64,000 nucleotides of DNA from Octopus bimaculoides (taxonomy: Eukaryota): assembly GCF_001194135.2 (NCBI RefSeq), contig NC_068991.1:46401765-46465764 (forward strand), written 5' to 3'. The notes beneath the pieces are model-generated. The model did not search any database. It saw only the letters and a list, made by a program, of their open reading frames with translations, and was not told the DNA's origin. Below, piece by piece: positions 38,461 to 52,029 of this stretch (the first letter of the stretch is position 1; every line of letters begins with the position of its first letter). The translations under genes were made by a program, and so were the position numbers.

Positions 38461-39554
38461 AAAAGATAATAACAGCATCCGTATCCCACCCATTTTTTAC
38501 AGGCAACTATATTAAGCGACTCATCGAATCACATGAGATTACTTCCTCTCCCTCTCACCCGTTCTTTTGTCTGCAGACACCCGTTTAACACCCAGCTAAA
38601 TTATTTCCTTTCATTGGTTGATTCACAACCCATCCTCGTATAAACGTGTGTTGTTCTTCGCCCTGTTGTACATATTCTCACGTGATAATTTAAATGCATC
38701 CACCCCTACCCGTTTTATTGTTACGTATTTAAATTCACACCCTGCATTTATTATTACCCACTCGGTAAAGCATATGTATGTATGAATGTATGTATGTATG
38801 CACGCATGTATGTATGTATGAAAGCGTCCATGGATGGATGTGTGTACATATATATGTATGTATACGTATGTATGCTTGTAAGTACGTATGTATGTATGTA
38901 TAACTGTGTGTATATATGTAAATATATACGTACGTATGTAAGCGTAAATGTACGCATGTTCTATGGATGAGTGAGTGTATATACACACGCGGGTGCGGGC
39001 GCACACGCACACACAGACACGCACATACACATACACGCTTGGACAAAAACGGATGTACCAGATTATTCTTTTATCAATTTTTGTAATACTGTATTTGTAT
39101 AAGTGTGTGTATGTATGCAATTTAGCATGTATTTTTTATTTATTTATGTGTTTCAGCCAAGTGGCTGCGGTCATGCTGGTGCACCACCATGTATATATGA
39201 GTATCTGTAGATACGTATATATATATATACGTATATATATATATATATATATATCCCTAATATTATATATAATATTAGGGATAAAAATCCAAATTTACAG
39301 GTAAAAACTCAATTAAATTCAATTTATTAAAAATTAAAATTAAATTAAGTTTCACAGTATAAAATGTAAATATATAGTTTTAGAGAAAAGAACCAAGGTT
39401 CATGAACTCATCGATGAAAATCCACTGTCACATATAGAAAAATTCATAAGATAATGATAATAAACCCATATATATATANNNNNNNNNNNNNNNNNNNNNN
39501 NNNNNNNNNNNNNNNNNNNNNNNTTATATATATATATATGCGTGTGTGTATGTA

Positions 39555-40260
39555 TCTGTTCATGCATGTGGAGATGGAATTTGAAAGAACTCGAGCGGCT
39601 TGAAGATCCACCAGGCCAAGGTGAAATGTGTAGAGACGGGTGAGATGACCAGTGCAACAGCATACAGGAACTAATGCAGGTCAAATTCAGGAGAAGCAAA
39701 GCGCAGATTCATCCTACAATTCTCGAAACTTCCAAGTGATGCAAACCTTAGACCTCCTTAAAGTAACAGAAGCTAGTCGGGTAAAGGGGCCTCAAGCTAA
39801 CAAGAAGGGACAGTGGTACCAGTTTAGTGATGATGATGCTCAGACACGGAGGAAGTCCCTGCCATTTCCGTAAGAACATGCTGACTCTCTTCTCAAAGAC
39901 CTCTACTGTGTATATTGGGACACCATAGGCCAAAAGCGACCAATGAATCCGTGAGAGGAAGCTATGCCAAGTAAATTCAGATTTAAAACTTGTTTAGAAG
40001 ACCCGACTTATTCATGTTGAGGTTCCTACAATATGCAAGGTATCCCAGAAACCTCTAGATGGAAGGCCTTGAAGTTGGCTTTGAGAAGCAACAAAAACTG
40101 CGTCAAGGTGGGTTGCGGATCAGATGTGAGCCTTGAAAGGGGTATTGCTACCTGATGTAATGCTAATTAGACGGAAGCTGGAAATTGATCAACTCAGGTT
40201 GCACATATTGTACTTTGGTAGAGTCATGTTGCCTATGAAACACATTCAGTGGTTGTATTT
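39555..40260 (-). mobile_element. Degenerate RT-thumb fragment of a second R2-group non-LTR lineage (NeSL/R2-like)
   Basis: ..RIHWSLLAYGVPIYTVEVFEKRVSMFLRKWQGLP.. resembles the W.L..YEVP...LRKWLGLP pattern of RLE elements and is unlike the Dong-like copies. Confidence 0.5.
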
Positions 40261-40266
40261 TATTAT

Positions 40267-40698
40267 AGGCGCAGGAGTAGCTGTGTGGTAAGTAACTTGC
40301 TTACCAACCACATGGTTCCGGGTTCAGTCCCACTGCGTGGCACCTTGGGCAAGTGTCTTCTACTATAGCCTCGGGCCGACCAAAGCCTTGTGAGTGGATT
40401 TGGTAGACGGAAACTGAAAGAAGCCCGTCGTATATATGTATGTATATGTGTGTGTGTGTTTGCGTGTCTGTGTTTGTCCCCCCAACATCGCTTGACAACC
40501 GATGCTGGTGTGTTTACGTCCCCGTAACATAGCGGTTCGGCAAAAGGGACCGATAGAATAAGTACTGGGCTTACAAAGAATAAGTCCTCGGGTCAATTTG
40601 CTCTACTAAAGGCGGTGCTCCAGCATGGCCGCAGTCAAATGACTGAAACAAGTAAAAGAGTAAAAGAGTAAAGAGTAAAGAGTAATGAGTAAAGAATA
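40267..40698 (+). mobile_element. SINE family B, full-length reference copy
   Basis: A box TAGCTGTGTGG, B box GGTTCAGTCCC, ccttgggcaagt segment, internal (TA/TG)n at about 40430-40470, (AAGAGTA)n tail. Confidence 0.92.
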
Positions 40699-41489
40699 AT
40701 TGGATATTCTTGTGATTAAACAGTAAAATGAATCAATTCATTCATTCATTTGTCAAACGTCTTTCTTCACAGCCTGTGGCTTTACCAATGATGTAGTTCC
40801 CCCGTACAACTTCTCCGCGCAATCACACGTCCATTGGTTTTTGCTCAGATAACAGTTAGTGGCAAAACAACTCTGATAAAACAATTAATCAATAGGTTAA
40901 TACGTTTACGTATTAATTAACTAATTATCTAATGCATTAATAATAAAACTGAAACGAAATACAGCCAATAACTTTAATTTTACTAAGAAAATGAGACCTT
41001 CCCAATGTACAGCAAAAATTGAAGTGATTATGTAAATAGTATTTAAAGTTGATTCATAACTGATAATGCATAGCTTGCACACAGTAAAAACACAGTTTAT
41101 ATAACGGTATTATACGTATGTGACAAACATCACGTTTTATTAATGTCTTAAATAAAACAAGGATCTATGTCAATATTTAAGTGTGTCCTGTAACATTTCT
41201 CTTGTGACATTTTGTCCGTGACAAACATCGATAGTAAGACGATCCATACATAAATACATACGCACACGCACACGCACACCCACACACATAAATCCATACA
41301 CACATGCACAGATATTTAATTATATTTCGGCGTGGTTGTGTGGTAAGAAATTTGCTTCCCAACCACATAGTTTTGGGTTCAGTCCCACTGCGTGGTACCT
41401 TCTACTATAGCCGCAGGCTGACCTAAGACTTCTGAGTGGAGTTGAGAGACAGAAACTGAAAGTTTGTCGTCGTTGACTGAACACTATTC

Positions 41490-41654
41490 AATTTTTTTTC
41501 TCCGTGTTTTTCTCCTTGTCTCCGTATTCTTTCTGTTGAAGAGCGTAGCTCGAAACGTCAAAGACTTTCCGTATTCCCGAGCGTCATACTAATATATACT
41601 TTTGTTATTTACACCACCTGTCCTCGTCTGTTGTTATTTTTTGTATATTCTCCC

Positions 41655-41655
<1 letters not shown>
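41490..41655 (+). mobile_element. Penelope-like terminal repeat (family H2) with a hammerhead-like motif at 41528-41564; preceded by a SINE B head (41330-41465)
   Basis: UCUUU-CUGUUGA-A-GAGC-GUA-GCUC-GAAAC-GUC-AAAGA. Confidence 0.6.
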
Positions 41656-41686
<31 letters not shown>

Positions 41687-42017
41687 GTCCGGTGAGAGTC
41701 ACTCTGTTTTAGTGCCTTATTACTTACCACACTCACTGGTCTGATTTCCACTCATTTATTTATTTTTTCTAAAATTTTCAACCTTTTCAATAGCCGTTGA
41801 CTCTGTCCGTTATCAAAGCTGCGTACGTTTTGCTTGTTTGTTTGTGCGCATGTATGTGCGTGAGTGTACAAATGTATGTATGTACTCTGGATATTCATGT
41901 GTTTGTGTGTTCATCTTTTTGTGTTTGTATGTGTATGTGTGTGCTTGTCGCTCCATATTACCTATGTATCTATCTATTTATTTATCTATCTGTTTATCTA
42001 CATATCCATTTACCTAC

Positions 42018-42054
<37 letters not shown>

Positions 42055-42899
42055 NNNNNNNNNNNNNNNNNNNNNNNNNNNNNNNNNNNNNNNNNNNNNN
42101 NNNNNNNNNNNNNNNNNNNNNNNNNNNNNNNNNNNNNNNNNNNNNNNNNNNNNNNNNNNNNNNNNNNNNNNNNNNNNNNNNNNNNNNNNNNNNNNNNNNN
42201 NNNNNNNNNNNNNNNNNNNNNNNNNNNNNNNNNNNNNNNNNNNNNNNNNNNNNNNNNNNNNNNNNNNNNNNNNNNNNNNNNNNNNNNNNNNNNNNNNNNN
42301 NNNNNNAAGGGAAATTACTATGTAGTGACAAAACGCGTCTAAAACTGCGTATATCATCGCATGCAAGCACATAACCATATACGCACGCACATATCTCTAT
42401 ATACGCACGCATCCACGCGCACACTCACAAGCACGCACATATAAAGTTCCTTGTACGTGTCTATAAGCGCACAGAAAAAAAGTTTGGAGAGAAGAAAACG
42501 AAAACTATATGTGGAAAAATACAAAAACATTAACCCTATAATTATGTAAAAAACATAAAAATATAAAATCCAGGTAAAAAAAGTGAAAAGCTTATACATA
42601 GACACAATATAGAAGCCTATCAGTACAGTCCCATCAGCAGGTCCTATCAGTACAAATATTAAAAAATATATATAAAAAATATATAAGAAATGTAAGTAAT
42701 AATTATAGAGACACAAAAATAGAAAGCAAGTCCAATCAGTAAACGCAGGGGGACCAAAAACGTAGCAAATATTTGGTCACATGTGGACATGATACGAAAA
42801 GTTCAGTCTTTGAATTTAAACATGTGATAGGGTCCAAGCTGCCTTTCTACATAACAGCCTACTAACAGCTCTACCTGTGTGTATATAAACTGTGGGTAT

Positions 42900-43329
42900 T
42901 GGAGTATAACTACCTTCTATGTATATCTCCTATTTAGTACTGGAGATGTTTCATTTATGAGACGTGCTCTTGTATTTGTCTGAGTGTTAGGTCCTTCGGG
43001 TACTTGGATAAAATTCGGATGTCAAATTGACCCAGTGTGCTTCCATGTTGGTCTTTGGCATGTTGGTAGCATATGGAGGACTGTCTCAAATGTCGTTTAG
43101 TCTCTCCGCAATGCTTCTAGATGTCTCACCTATGTATATCATGTTCTTGTCTTGACAAGCACCCGCTGTTCAGCTTATGCTCTAGACTATATTTCTACAT
43201 ACCATGCTGTTATCATTGGTGTATGTGGTATTCTCAAAGGGTTACGTCCTGTATAGTTGTGATCTGATGGAGTTCCTTGGCTTTTCAATGATCTTAATGT
43301 TGAGTTTGGCCTCCTTCAAAACCTTCCTA
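42900..43329 (-). mobile_element. Penelope-like GIY-YIG endonuclease pseudogene fragment
   Basis: Minus translation includes CRNIV*SIS...CQDKNMIYIGETSRSIAERL...HAKDQH...RQIQE (YIGET at 43121-43140). Confidence 0.7.
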
Positions 43330-43592
43330 AATTTAATAAAAATGATTTTAAAATTATATAAAGGAAATATTACCGTTTTCGATGTATCTCATCTTATCAA
43401 ATATCAGTAAAAATTCATAAAAATTTTGAAGTAAAAATAGTTTATCTTCTGTCTGGGGACCAAGAACATGTCTTGATAAACTGTTTTTACTTAGAAATTT
43501 TTATAAAATTTTACTGATATGTGATAAGATGAGACACATCGAAAACGGTAATATTTTCTTTATATAATTTAAAAAATCATTTTTATTAAATT
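43330..43592. repeat. Long inverted repeat / MITE-like hairpin (arms about 117 bp, loop 28 bp)
   Basis: 43330-43446 is roughly 90% complementary to 43475-43592 by manual comparison. Confidence 0.9.
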
Positions 43593-44089
43593 CCCTCTTA
43601 AATTGAAATGTCTTAGACTTACTTCTGCGTTATTTCCACCTCATTATATATATAAAAATTTGATTTGTATAGATCTCTANNNNNNNNNNNNNNNNNNNNN
43701 NNNNNNNNNNNNNNNNNNNNNNNNNNNNNNNNNNNNNTATATATATATATATATCATTGGATAAGTTCTGTGTAAGAATTTATCAAGTAGTTAGCGTGTA
43801 AAAAACCTCATAAGGGAAAAACCCATCGTTTTTCCCCTATAAATATATTTATTAATTTATTTATGTAAGGGCATTACTATACATAAATGCCTCACGCTAA
43901 GAGGGACTCTAGAAGTCAAACTACTATAATAAACACATTTTTACCGAACACGAGGTAATGCAACTCTCAAAAGCTAACCTTCCATAAACTTTTAATTTTT
44001 AATGTATAGTAATACCCTTATATAAATAAATTAATATATATATATATATATTGTATGTATGTATGCATATGGGTGTGTGCGTGTGTCTT

Positions 44090-44290
44090 TGTGCCGGTGT
44101 TTGAACCTTCTACCGCTTGTCAACCGGTGCTGGTGTGTTTTCGTCTCCGTAACCTAGCAGCTCTCCAAAAGAGACCGTTTAGGTAAGTACCAGGCTTAAA
44201 TAAGAAGTTGGTTTGATTCGTTCGACTAAAACTCTTCAAGGCGGTGCCCCAACATTGCGGCAGTCTGATGACTGAAACAATTAAACGATA
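44090..44290 (+). mobile_element. SINE family B 3' half
   Basis: ccgcttgtcaaccggtgctggtgtgttt...ggcggtgccccaaca...gactgaaac. Confidence 0.8.
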
Positions 44291-44565
44291 AAAGATGTAT
44301 ATTTGTATGAATTCGTGTATATGTACGCGCGTATGAATCTGTATATGTACGTGTGTGTGTCTGAGTGTGTATGTGAGTGTATGCATGAATGTCTATCCAC
44401 ATGTGTGTATGCGTCTGCACTTAGTATACCTCCAAATGTTCGTGGTTCACAAGACAGCAGACGACATTTTTGTATGAACACATATTCACGAATACACATA
44501 CACAAACACGTAAGTGTGCGCGTGAGCACGCGCGCGCGCGCACACACACACACACACACAGATAC

Positions 44566-44596
<31 letters not shown>

Positions 44597-44904
44597 CGTA
44601 TGTATATGTGCATGCATGCAGAAACATGCACATATAAGCATGCAGACGTGTCATTCGGTATTTTCTATATACATATAGACTCAGCCTATTATTAAATGAC
44701 CTTCCATTCTTCCCTTTCTATCTAACGCTCGTTTTTTCATTGTTGTTCTATTTATATTTTAATGAGCATTCTTTTAATTAAGATACTAATAGTTTATTAT
44801 TTTTATCCCGGTTTGATCTTTGTTGTTGTATTGTCCTACATATTTTTCGTAGCCCTTGTGGTCAATAAAGAAAGAATTACTATTATTATTATTATTATTA
44901 TTGA

Positions 44905-45335
44905 GTGAGAGAGAAGTGCATGCCACCAAAGTGACACTGGGGTATAATATACGAAGCTCAATATACCCATCATGACTACCCGTCCGATATGGGTACACCA
45001 GGCACATGCATCACAACCATATGTGCGCGACATGGTGATCTCATATCAAGATAAACAGCGCATGACCTCGCATGGGGGGGGGGCAGTTAGAATTTTCTGC
45101 AGGTTGAGTAGCCCATCCCACTCAAAAGGTCCCTGAATAAGGTTTGTTTGAGGATGTTGAGCAAAACATTCATGTTTCCAAAGGTGAATTATTCAAACCC
45201 CAAAGAATTCCTCTCAACACATGGCTATGATACTTCCCCAATTACTTCTGCTCGTGATCAGAGATGCACATATCGTCAGCCACCAAGGAACATGCTCAAC
45301 TGGCTAAGGTCAAACAGCTGACAAGCAAATTTGTG
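44905..45335 (-). mobile_element. Unclassified non-coding interspersed element with an (AAT)n tail
   Basis: Complex, GC-richer 430-bp block bounded by (TAT)n at 44878-44900 and 45380-45510; no ORF and no pol III boxes seen. Confidence 0.45.
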
Positions 45336-45416
45336 GTATTAAGCATAACATTTGCTGTAGCCCATCTTTTTATACCAATTATTATTATTTTATTTTTATT
45401 ATTATTATCATTATTA

Positions 45417-45511
<95 letters not shown>

Positions 45512-45637
45512 CATACAACAGATTAAACTGTTGGGAAAGAAAATTTCCTAGCATCGGGCTACAACAAATAACCTTAGATATCAAGAACCCTCTTAAGTAT
45601 CCTAGATTCGTCTAATAACAAAGTTATTATTATTATT

Positions 45638-45970
45638 CATTCGTAACACAGTGTTGGTAAAAATACACCGCAGTCTTTAGCCATCTTGTCAAGTCACAAC
45701 AAGGACCTCAGGCAGATAATATTTTCCTTAAGATGTACGCTGTGCCCAATAAGGCTGCTTTTTGCAAGACATCAATCTTGCATGGAATTTCCAGTTGCCT
45801 TATGAAGTTTTGAAGTTTCAATGGGATTGAGGCCTGCGCTCCGATAACCACTGGTATCACTTTTGCATTTACCCTCTCGCATTCCATAGTCTTGCAATTT
45901 CCACTTTCAATTCGGAGTACTTGATTATTTTTTCAACCTCTTTACTCACATTCTTGTCATTTAGTATGGC
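45638..45970 (-). mobile_element. R4/Dong-like LINE 3' end, family F3
   Basis: KIIKYSELKVEIARLW..KVIPVVIGA....LQKAALLGTAYILRKILSA*; the 3' end abuts (TAT)n 45624-45637. Confidence 0.85.
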
Positions 45971-46077
45971 TAATAATAATAATAATGATAATGAATATGA
46001 CATGTCCTCATGTCATATTCATTCTTCTTCTTCTTCTTTATCTTCTTCTTCTTCTTTTTCTTCTTCTTCTTCTTCTT

Positions 46078-46166
<89 letters not shown>

Positions 46167-46460
46167 CATTATTATTCAAATTACGTACTTACTATGTAAG
46201 TGGTGTTTTTCTGGGTTTCCCTGTGCTGGTTTTGACTTCTTGCGTATGTCACATTGAGACATCGTGCGTTTAAGAAAGAAACTACATTTTATACGACAAA
46301 ACTCTTCCCGGTTTTTTAGTTCCTCTACTTTAACAGAACTTTTCCCACAGTTGTATTGCGAAGTTTTCCTTCCACCACACCGATGTTATTGGGTAGAATT
46401 TGTTTTGTGGAGAGAGCTTCTAAGTGCATGTCCATATTGTTATTTAGCCAAGCACAATTA

Positions 46461-46530
<70 letters not shown>

Positions 46531-46533
<3 letters not shown>

Positions 46534-46680
46534 GTTCTGAGTTCAAATTCTGCCAAGTTCGCCTTTGCCTTTCATCCTTTTGGGATCGATTAATTAAGTA
46601 CCAGTGAAGAACTGAGGTCTACGTAACAGACTAGCTTCCTCCCCCAATGAACTTCAGGCCTTGTGCCTTTAGTATAAAGA
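46531..46680 (+). mobile_element. 5'-truncated SINE family A between (TAT)n and (ATT/GTT)n; another head remnant at about 46775-46860
   Basis: ttctgagttcaaattctgcc...ggccttgtgcctttagta. Confidence 0.85.
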
Positions 46681-46718
46681 TTATTATTATTATTATTGTT
46701 ATTATTATTATTATTATT

Positions 46719-46774
<56 letters not shown>

Positions 46775-46899
46775 GGCGACGACCTGATTGAATACTTTGC
46801 ACGTCGGACAAAATGCTTAGCGTCATTTCGTCCGTCTTTATGTTCTAAGTGTTCAAATTTCATCTGGGCGAACATTTTATCGATGATCTTTGACAATAA

Positions 46900-47960
46900 T
46901 ATCAGGACTATTGGCATTTATCTGTCTGTCAGTATGGATGGTAAAACATCTACTACCCTCTTTTCGGGAAACGTAGATTCTACGAACATCAGCTTTTGGA
47001 TGGTGCATATTGTTTATTCTCATTAGTTTTCTCGTTTTGGTGTCCTTTCGTTGGAGTTCATTTATATTCCATTCAATTATATTATAACTTTACTCCACCT
47101 CTGAACAGCAAGTGAAGTAATGGCTTGAGTCCTATTCTGGGAAATCAGTTCCGTTTTCATAATCAGTCTTATTCTCCTATAATATTCTTTCCTGACTTTT
47201 TCCTTCATGGCGCTGTGTTGAGTTCTTTTCCCTTCATTTATTCCTAGATATTTCTATACTCCATCTTGGTCTAATCATTTGATAACAATGTAGCTATTTA
47301 GTGTAATGGACGATGTAGAAATGAGTCTTCCCTGTTTAGATGTTACTTTGTCGCACTTAAATCAGCCAAATTCCATGTTAGTATTGTCACTAAAACTTTT
47401 CACAGTTGTTAACAGTACCTCCAAATCATTATCTTTTGCAGTCATCCATATAAAAAAGATGACAGAAGTATGAGTGCAAAGCAAAAATATAATGGGGACA
47501 ATGAGTCTACTTGGAGTATAGCTTGGTTAATCTTAATACTGCCAGATGTACTTTTGCCTTTATCATGACTGGGGTACAGTCTTGTTCCCCACATACCCAT
47601 ACTTTGGCGGAGAATACCTTTAATAATTGTTGATATTTTATACAAGTCTGGGGCTTTTGTGATCCACGGTAATCTATCAAAGTTGTATTAAGATTACGTC
47701 TTTTGTAGGAGCAGCTTTCCGGTGCCATTCGCTTAATCTGAAATTGATCTATGCAACCATAGAAATTCCCACGGTGATCCTTTTGCTCTAAAGGCAAAAT
47801 ATTGTGTTGGTTGAGGAGTTGGATTGTGCGCTCTGCTAGAAATGATACCAATATTTTGTAAGTGGTAGTAAGAAACGTAATTCTTCGGGTTTTTAGTTTC
47901 GTCATTTTTAGGCAGCACATAGTTTTCGCCTTTGGGTCAGCCAAGAAGGCAGTTTTTTTT
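46900..47960 (-). mobile_element. Highly degenerate R4/Dong-like RT fragment
   Basis: TYKILVSFLAE...NILPLEQK, QVDSLSPL, LYMDD, YLGINEG..KEKVRKEYYRRIR. Confidence 0.75.
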
Positions 47961-48458
47961 TTGTTCTAGGTTTTTCGTTATGTTAGAAAAACACTCGGGT
48001 AATCGGTTGTGTGATATTGTCCAGCAGCTATATAGTCCTTTATGGGAGTCGCTACGTAACCGAGACTTTCTCAACAGTAAATAAAATTGTTTTACTTTAA
48101 TTTCGAAACGCGTACATAGTTAACCAGCCTTATTGATTCATTATTTTTCTGTCGCTTGCCTACAATAAAGTGTGTTATTCTCGGAGATTTTAAGGTACTA
48201 AGAAGGACTTTAGCGTTTATTTCATACGGTGCGTGGTGAGGCATAAAGCTGACCCCTTGTTATAATTATGTATATAATTATAAAATATTTTGTAAAATTT
48301 ACCTAGAAGGTTTTTTTTCCGCACTGGCTACCTGGTAAAATTATTACTGATTTTACTTTTTATTATTATTAATATATATANNNNNNNNNNNNNNNNNNNN
48401 NNNNNNNNNNNNNNNNNNNNNNNNNNNNNNNNNNNNNNNNNTATATATATATATATAT

Positions 48459-49366
48459 GAGTGGAAATAAAAAGTTATACGCACTTTCACCAAAAACTTT
48501 ATTTAGATTAGCCGCAGTTTTCAGCGCTCACGCACTGAAAAGTGGACTGCTTGTGGTCACGCAAAGGAGGTTTGGTATTGATCGCTTCAGTTTTCTTTAT
48601 TGTATTACAGAGTAAACATGGTCGCTCCGCTGCCAGTGTGCGCCAAAAGAAATTAGTGATCCAATTTCTTTAGTTTGAGGGTGTGTCAGAGGCTGAAATT
48701 CATTGCAGGCTTTCAGTAAAATTCGGGGAAAACGCTCTACCGCGGAGAGGTGTGCATGAATAGATCGAGAAATTTTTAAATGGCCGGAAAAATGTTAAGC
48801 ATGAAGTGGGAGCAGGGCATCCATCAACTTCAATCACTAACATGAAGATTCAACATACTTAGAGAGATGGTTCTGACAAAAGGACGAGTGACTGTCAAGC
48901 GGTGGCATGTACTCTACGAATTAGTCATGGTTCTACATAAGAAACCGTCCACAACAATCATGCGAGATTTGTAAACGTTTAATCGACCGATACAACGATG
49001 AAGGCGAGCTTTTGGAGAGAGTATACCCTCAGAAAATGAGACCTGGGTTTATCACTTTGAACCAGGATCCAAAATACAGATAATGCAGTGGAAAAACCTA
49101 GAACCGCCTGGGAAGCAGCAATTCATAATACAGCCTTCCAAAGAAAAAGTAATGTTAGCCTTTTTGTGGGACCTTTTATGTGGAACATTAGCTACAGAGT
49201 CCAGCCGAAAACCTTCACCGATGGAAAAGGCAAACTTGTGGACGGCTGGAAGAAGTGCATCGAAGAGCAAGGAGACTATGTCAAAAATGATGTAATTGTT
49301 CAATCCTTGCTTTTGTTTTGATAAATTACAGAACCAAGAGTGCGTATAACTTTTTACCAATTGTCC
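48459..49366 (+). mobile_element. Internally deleted mariner-like element (about 0.9 kb)
   Basis: TIR core aaaaagttatacgcact at both ends; HTH VIQFL..EIHCRL..IEKF.NGR, ETWVYHFEP and C-terminal WKKCIEEQGDYV; the catalytic middle is missing. Confidence 0.8.
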
Positions 49367-49480
49367 TATATATATTTGCATGTATGCATGTAAATATATG
49401 TATGCATGTAAATATATGTATGTATGTGTGTGTATATATATAAATGATATATGTATGTAAATATATATAGAGAGAGAGAT

Positions 49481-49552
<72 letters not shown>

Positions 49553-49925
49553 GATATATGCATGTATATATGTGTGTGTTGTTTGTGTATGTATCTATGT
49601 ATATATATACACGCATGTATGTATATATATATGTATATATGTGTGTCTGTATGTATGTATGTATGTATGTATACGGGGGTTGTGCTTAGTAGTTCCTGGC
49701 TTAGTGTAAAAGAAAATACTAGAGGATCAGTGAATTATGATTTTTTTTTCAGCATATTCACCTCTCAGATTTACGTATATATTGCAACGGTCCTTCAGTT
49801 TTTCTAAACCCTGTAAAAGAACTCGGGAATCTGGACCTCCAGCCAAACGTTTCGCGACACCCTTAAAGCCAAGAACTTTTCAGCACTCTCTCTCGTATAT
49901 CATATATTCATATATACCTATATAC

Positions 49926-49991
<66 letters not shown>

Positions 49992-50203
49992 ATAAGACTA
50001 CCTATATTTGCTTATATGTATGCATGCGTGATATGTGTATGTACGTATGTTTGTCAATTCCCGATATTTTACATATGTACCGTTTCTTTTGCAGTTGTAG
50101 AACCCTATTTCTTTTTTGTCTTATCTCTCTCTCCATCACTACTATGATAATTACTAACATCGTCGTCGTCGTCGTAGTAGTAGTTGTCGTAGTAGTAGTA
50201 GTA

Positions 50204-50438
50204 GTAGATGTAGTAGTAAGTCACCTTCATCACTACTACAACCATTATCACCATCATTATCACCACACTACCACCACCATCACCATCATCATCAACAACA
50301 ACAACAACAAGGTCATTTTGTTGTCGAGTAGCGTGATTATCTCCGCTCGGTCTCTTACTCTCCGTCATTCACTTTCGTTACCTTACGAATTCTCTCTCAT
50401 AATATTCTCCACCTATTCCATGCCGTACGTACATACAT
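50204..50438. repeat. 235-bp segment duplicated directly at 52907-53144
   Basis: Identical except for one extra AAC unit in the second copy. Confidence 0.9.
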
Positions 50439-51346
50439 ACTCACACACACACACGTACACACACATACACACACACAAACACACACACACACACACACGC
50501 ACGCACCAACGAACGCACACCATCGTTACCTTCATCTTTAGCTCCACTCCTTCTCCAGCTCCTCTACATCATGTCGCCATCCACATTTCAACCTTCCCAT
50601 TCCCTCTACTTTCACTTTCACTCTAACATACACCCTCATTGTACAAAAGGAGCTCCCTGATTATACTTAATTTCAAGACCGCATCATTTCCGGTAGCACT
50701 GTGGTTTATTAATAGATTAGCGTCGTTAGCAGGGTTATTTGTCTCCAGAGTCTTCCTTCCTATCCTTCTTTCTTTCTTCCTTTCCTTCTTTCTTTCTTTC
50801 TTTCCATCTTTCTTTTGCGACTTCCTCTTCTATTCTATTCTCTTCTGAACTTGATTACCGAGCAGGTTTACCCATACCTCATAATTGCTTCTGATGTACC
50901 GTGTTTTGATCATTGTCTTCCAACAAACCCTCATTCCTTTAATGACCGAACCTCCCACCCTTCACCTATAGTCTTTCTTTGTTGTTCTTGTTGTTGATTG
51001 TCTCTTCCTTTCTTTTTTGTTCTTTTTTAATTCGGTTGCATGTGTGTCTTTTTTTATTATATACTTTTTCTTTCTTTGCCATGCTTCTCTGTTGACTTTA
51101 ATCTCGTAATCTCGCCTCTCCTAGAATCATTTTGTTTCTCTATACAGGGCATTCTTTGTCTATCTGCCTCGATTACCGTAAAAGATTAAGAGAATGGCGG
51201 AGAGAGAAGGAGAGAACTTTCTGTCTGATTCGCTTCTGAAATCGTTTTCCGTTCTTCCGTAATTCTTGCACCAAACCTTCACTAATCTCCGTTTCTATGT
51301 TGGTTTCTCCCATGGTACCGCAATGTGCTGACACTCTAGCTCTCAC

Positions 51347-51396
<50 letters not shown>

Positions 51397-51407
51397 CTCT
51401 CTCTCCC

Positions 51408-51450
<43 letters not shown>

Positions 51451-51584
51451 CCATACGCCCTTAAACTACACACAGATAATTCGATACACGACCATCGCCA
51501 TCACCAGTATCACCCTCTCCCCACCAACATCATCACCGCTGTCAACACCACCAACGCCACCGTCACCACCACCAACACAACCAA

Positions 51585-51629
<45 letters not shown>

Positions 51630-51951
51630 TATCATCATCATCATTCGCGTCCTCATAGTCGACGTCGTCGTCATGTCAAAAATCTCCATCACGAACGTGA
51701 CCACGAAGAAAACCTGGATATCATCAAACTACAGCCATTATCAAAACCACCAAAACCACAAACATCAAAACAACCTCCTCTACTATTACTTCTAACCCCT
51801 ACCCCTAATAATTCCACCACCACCTCTACTGCTTCATACTTCCCTCTATCTCACATACTAAAACGTTCTCTGGAGAGTGAATACATACATACATAATACA
51901 TATAATATGTGTATGTGTATGCGTGCTTTTATGTGTGTATGATTATTTATA

Positions 51952-52029
<78 letters not shown>

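Noticed and set aside
44260-44285. CTGATGACTGAAAC hammerhead-like string
   Set aside because: It is a variant of the SINE B tail (normally caaatgactgaaac) and has no stem II.
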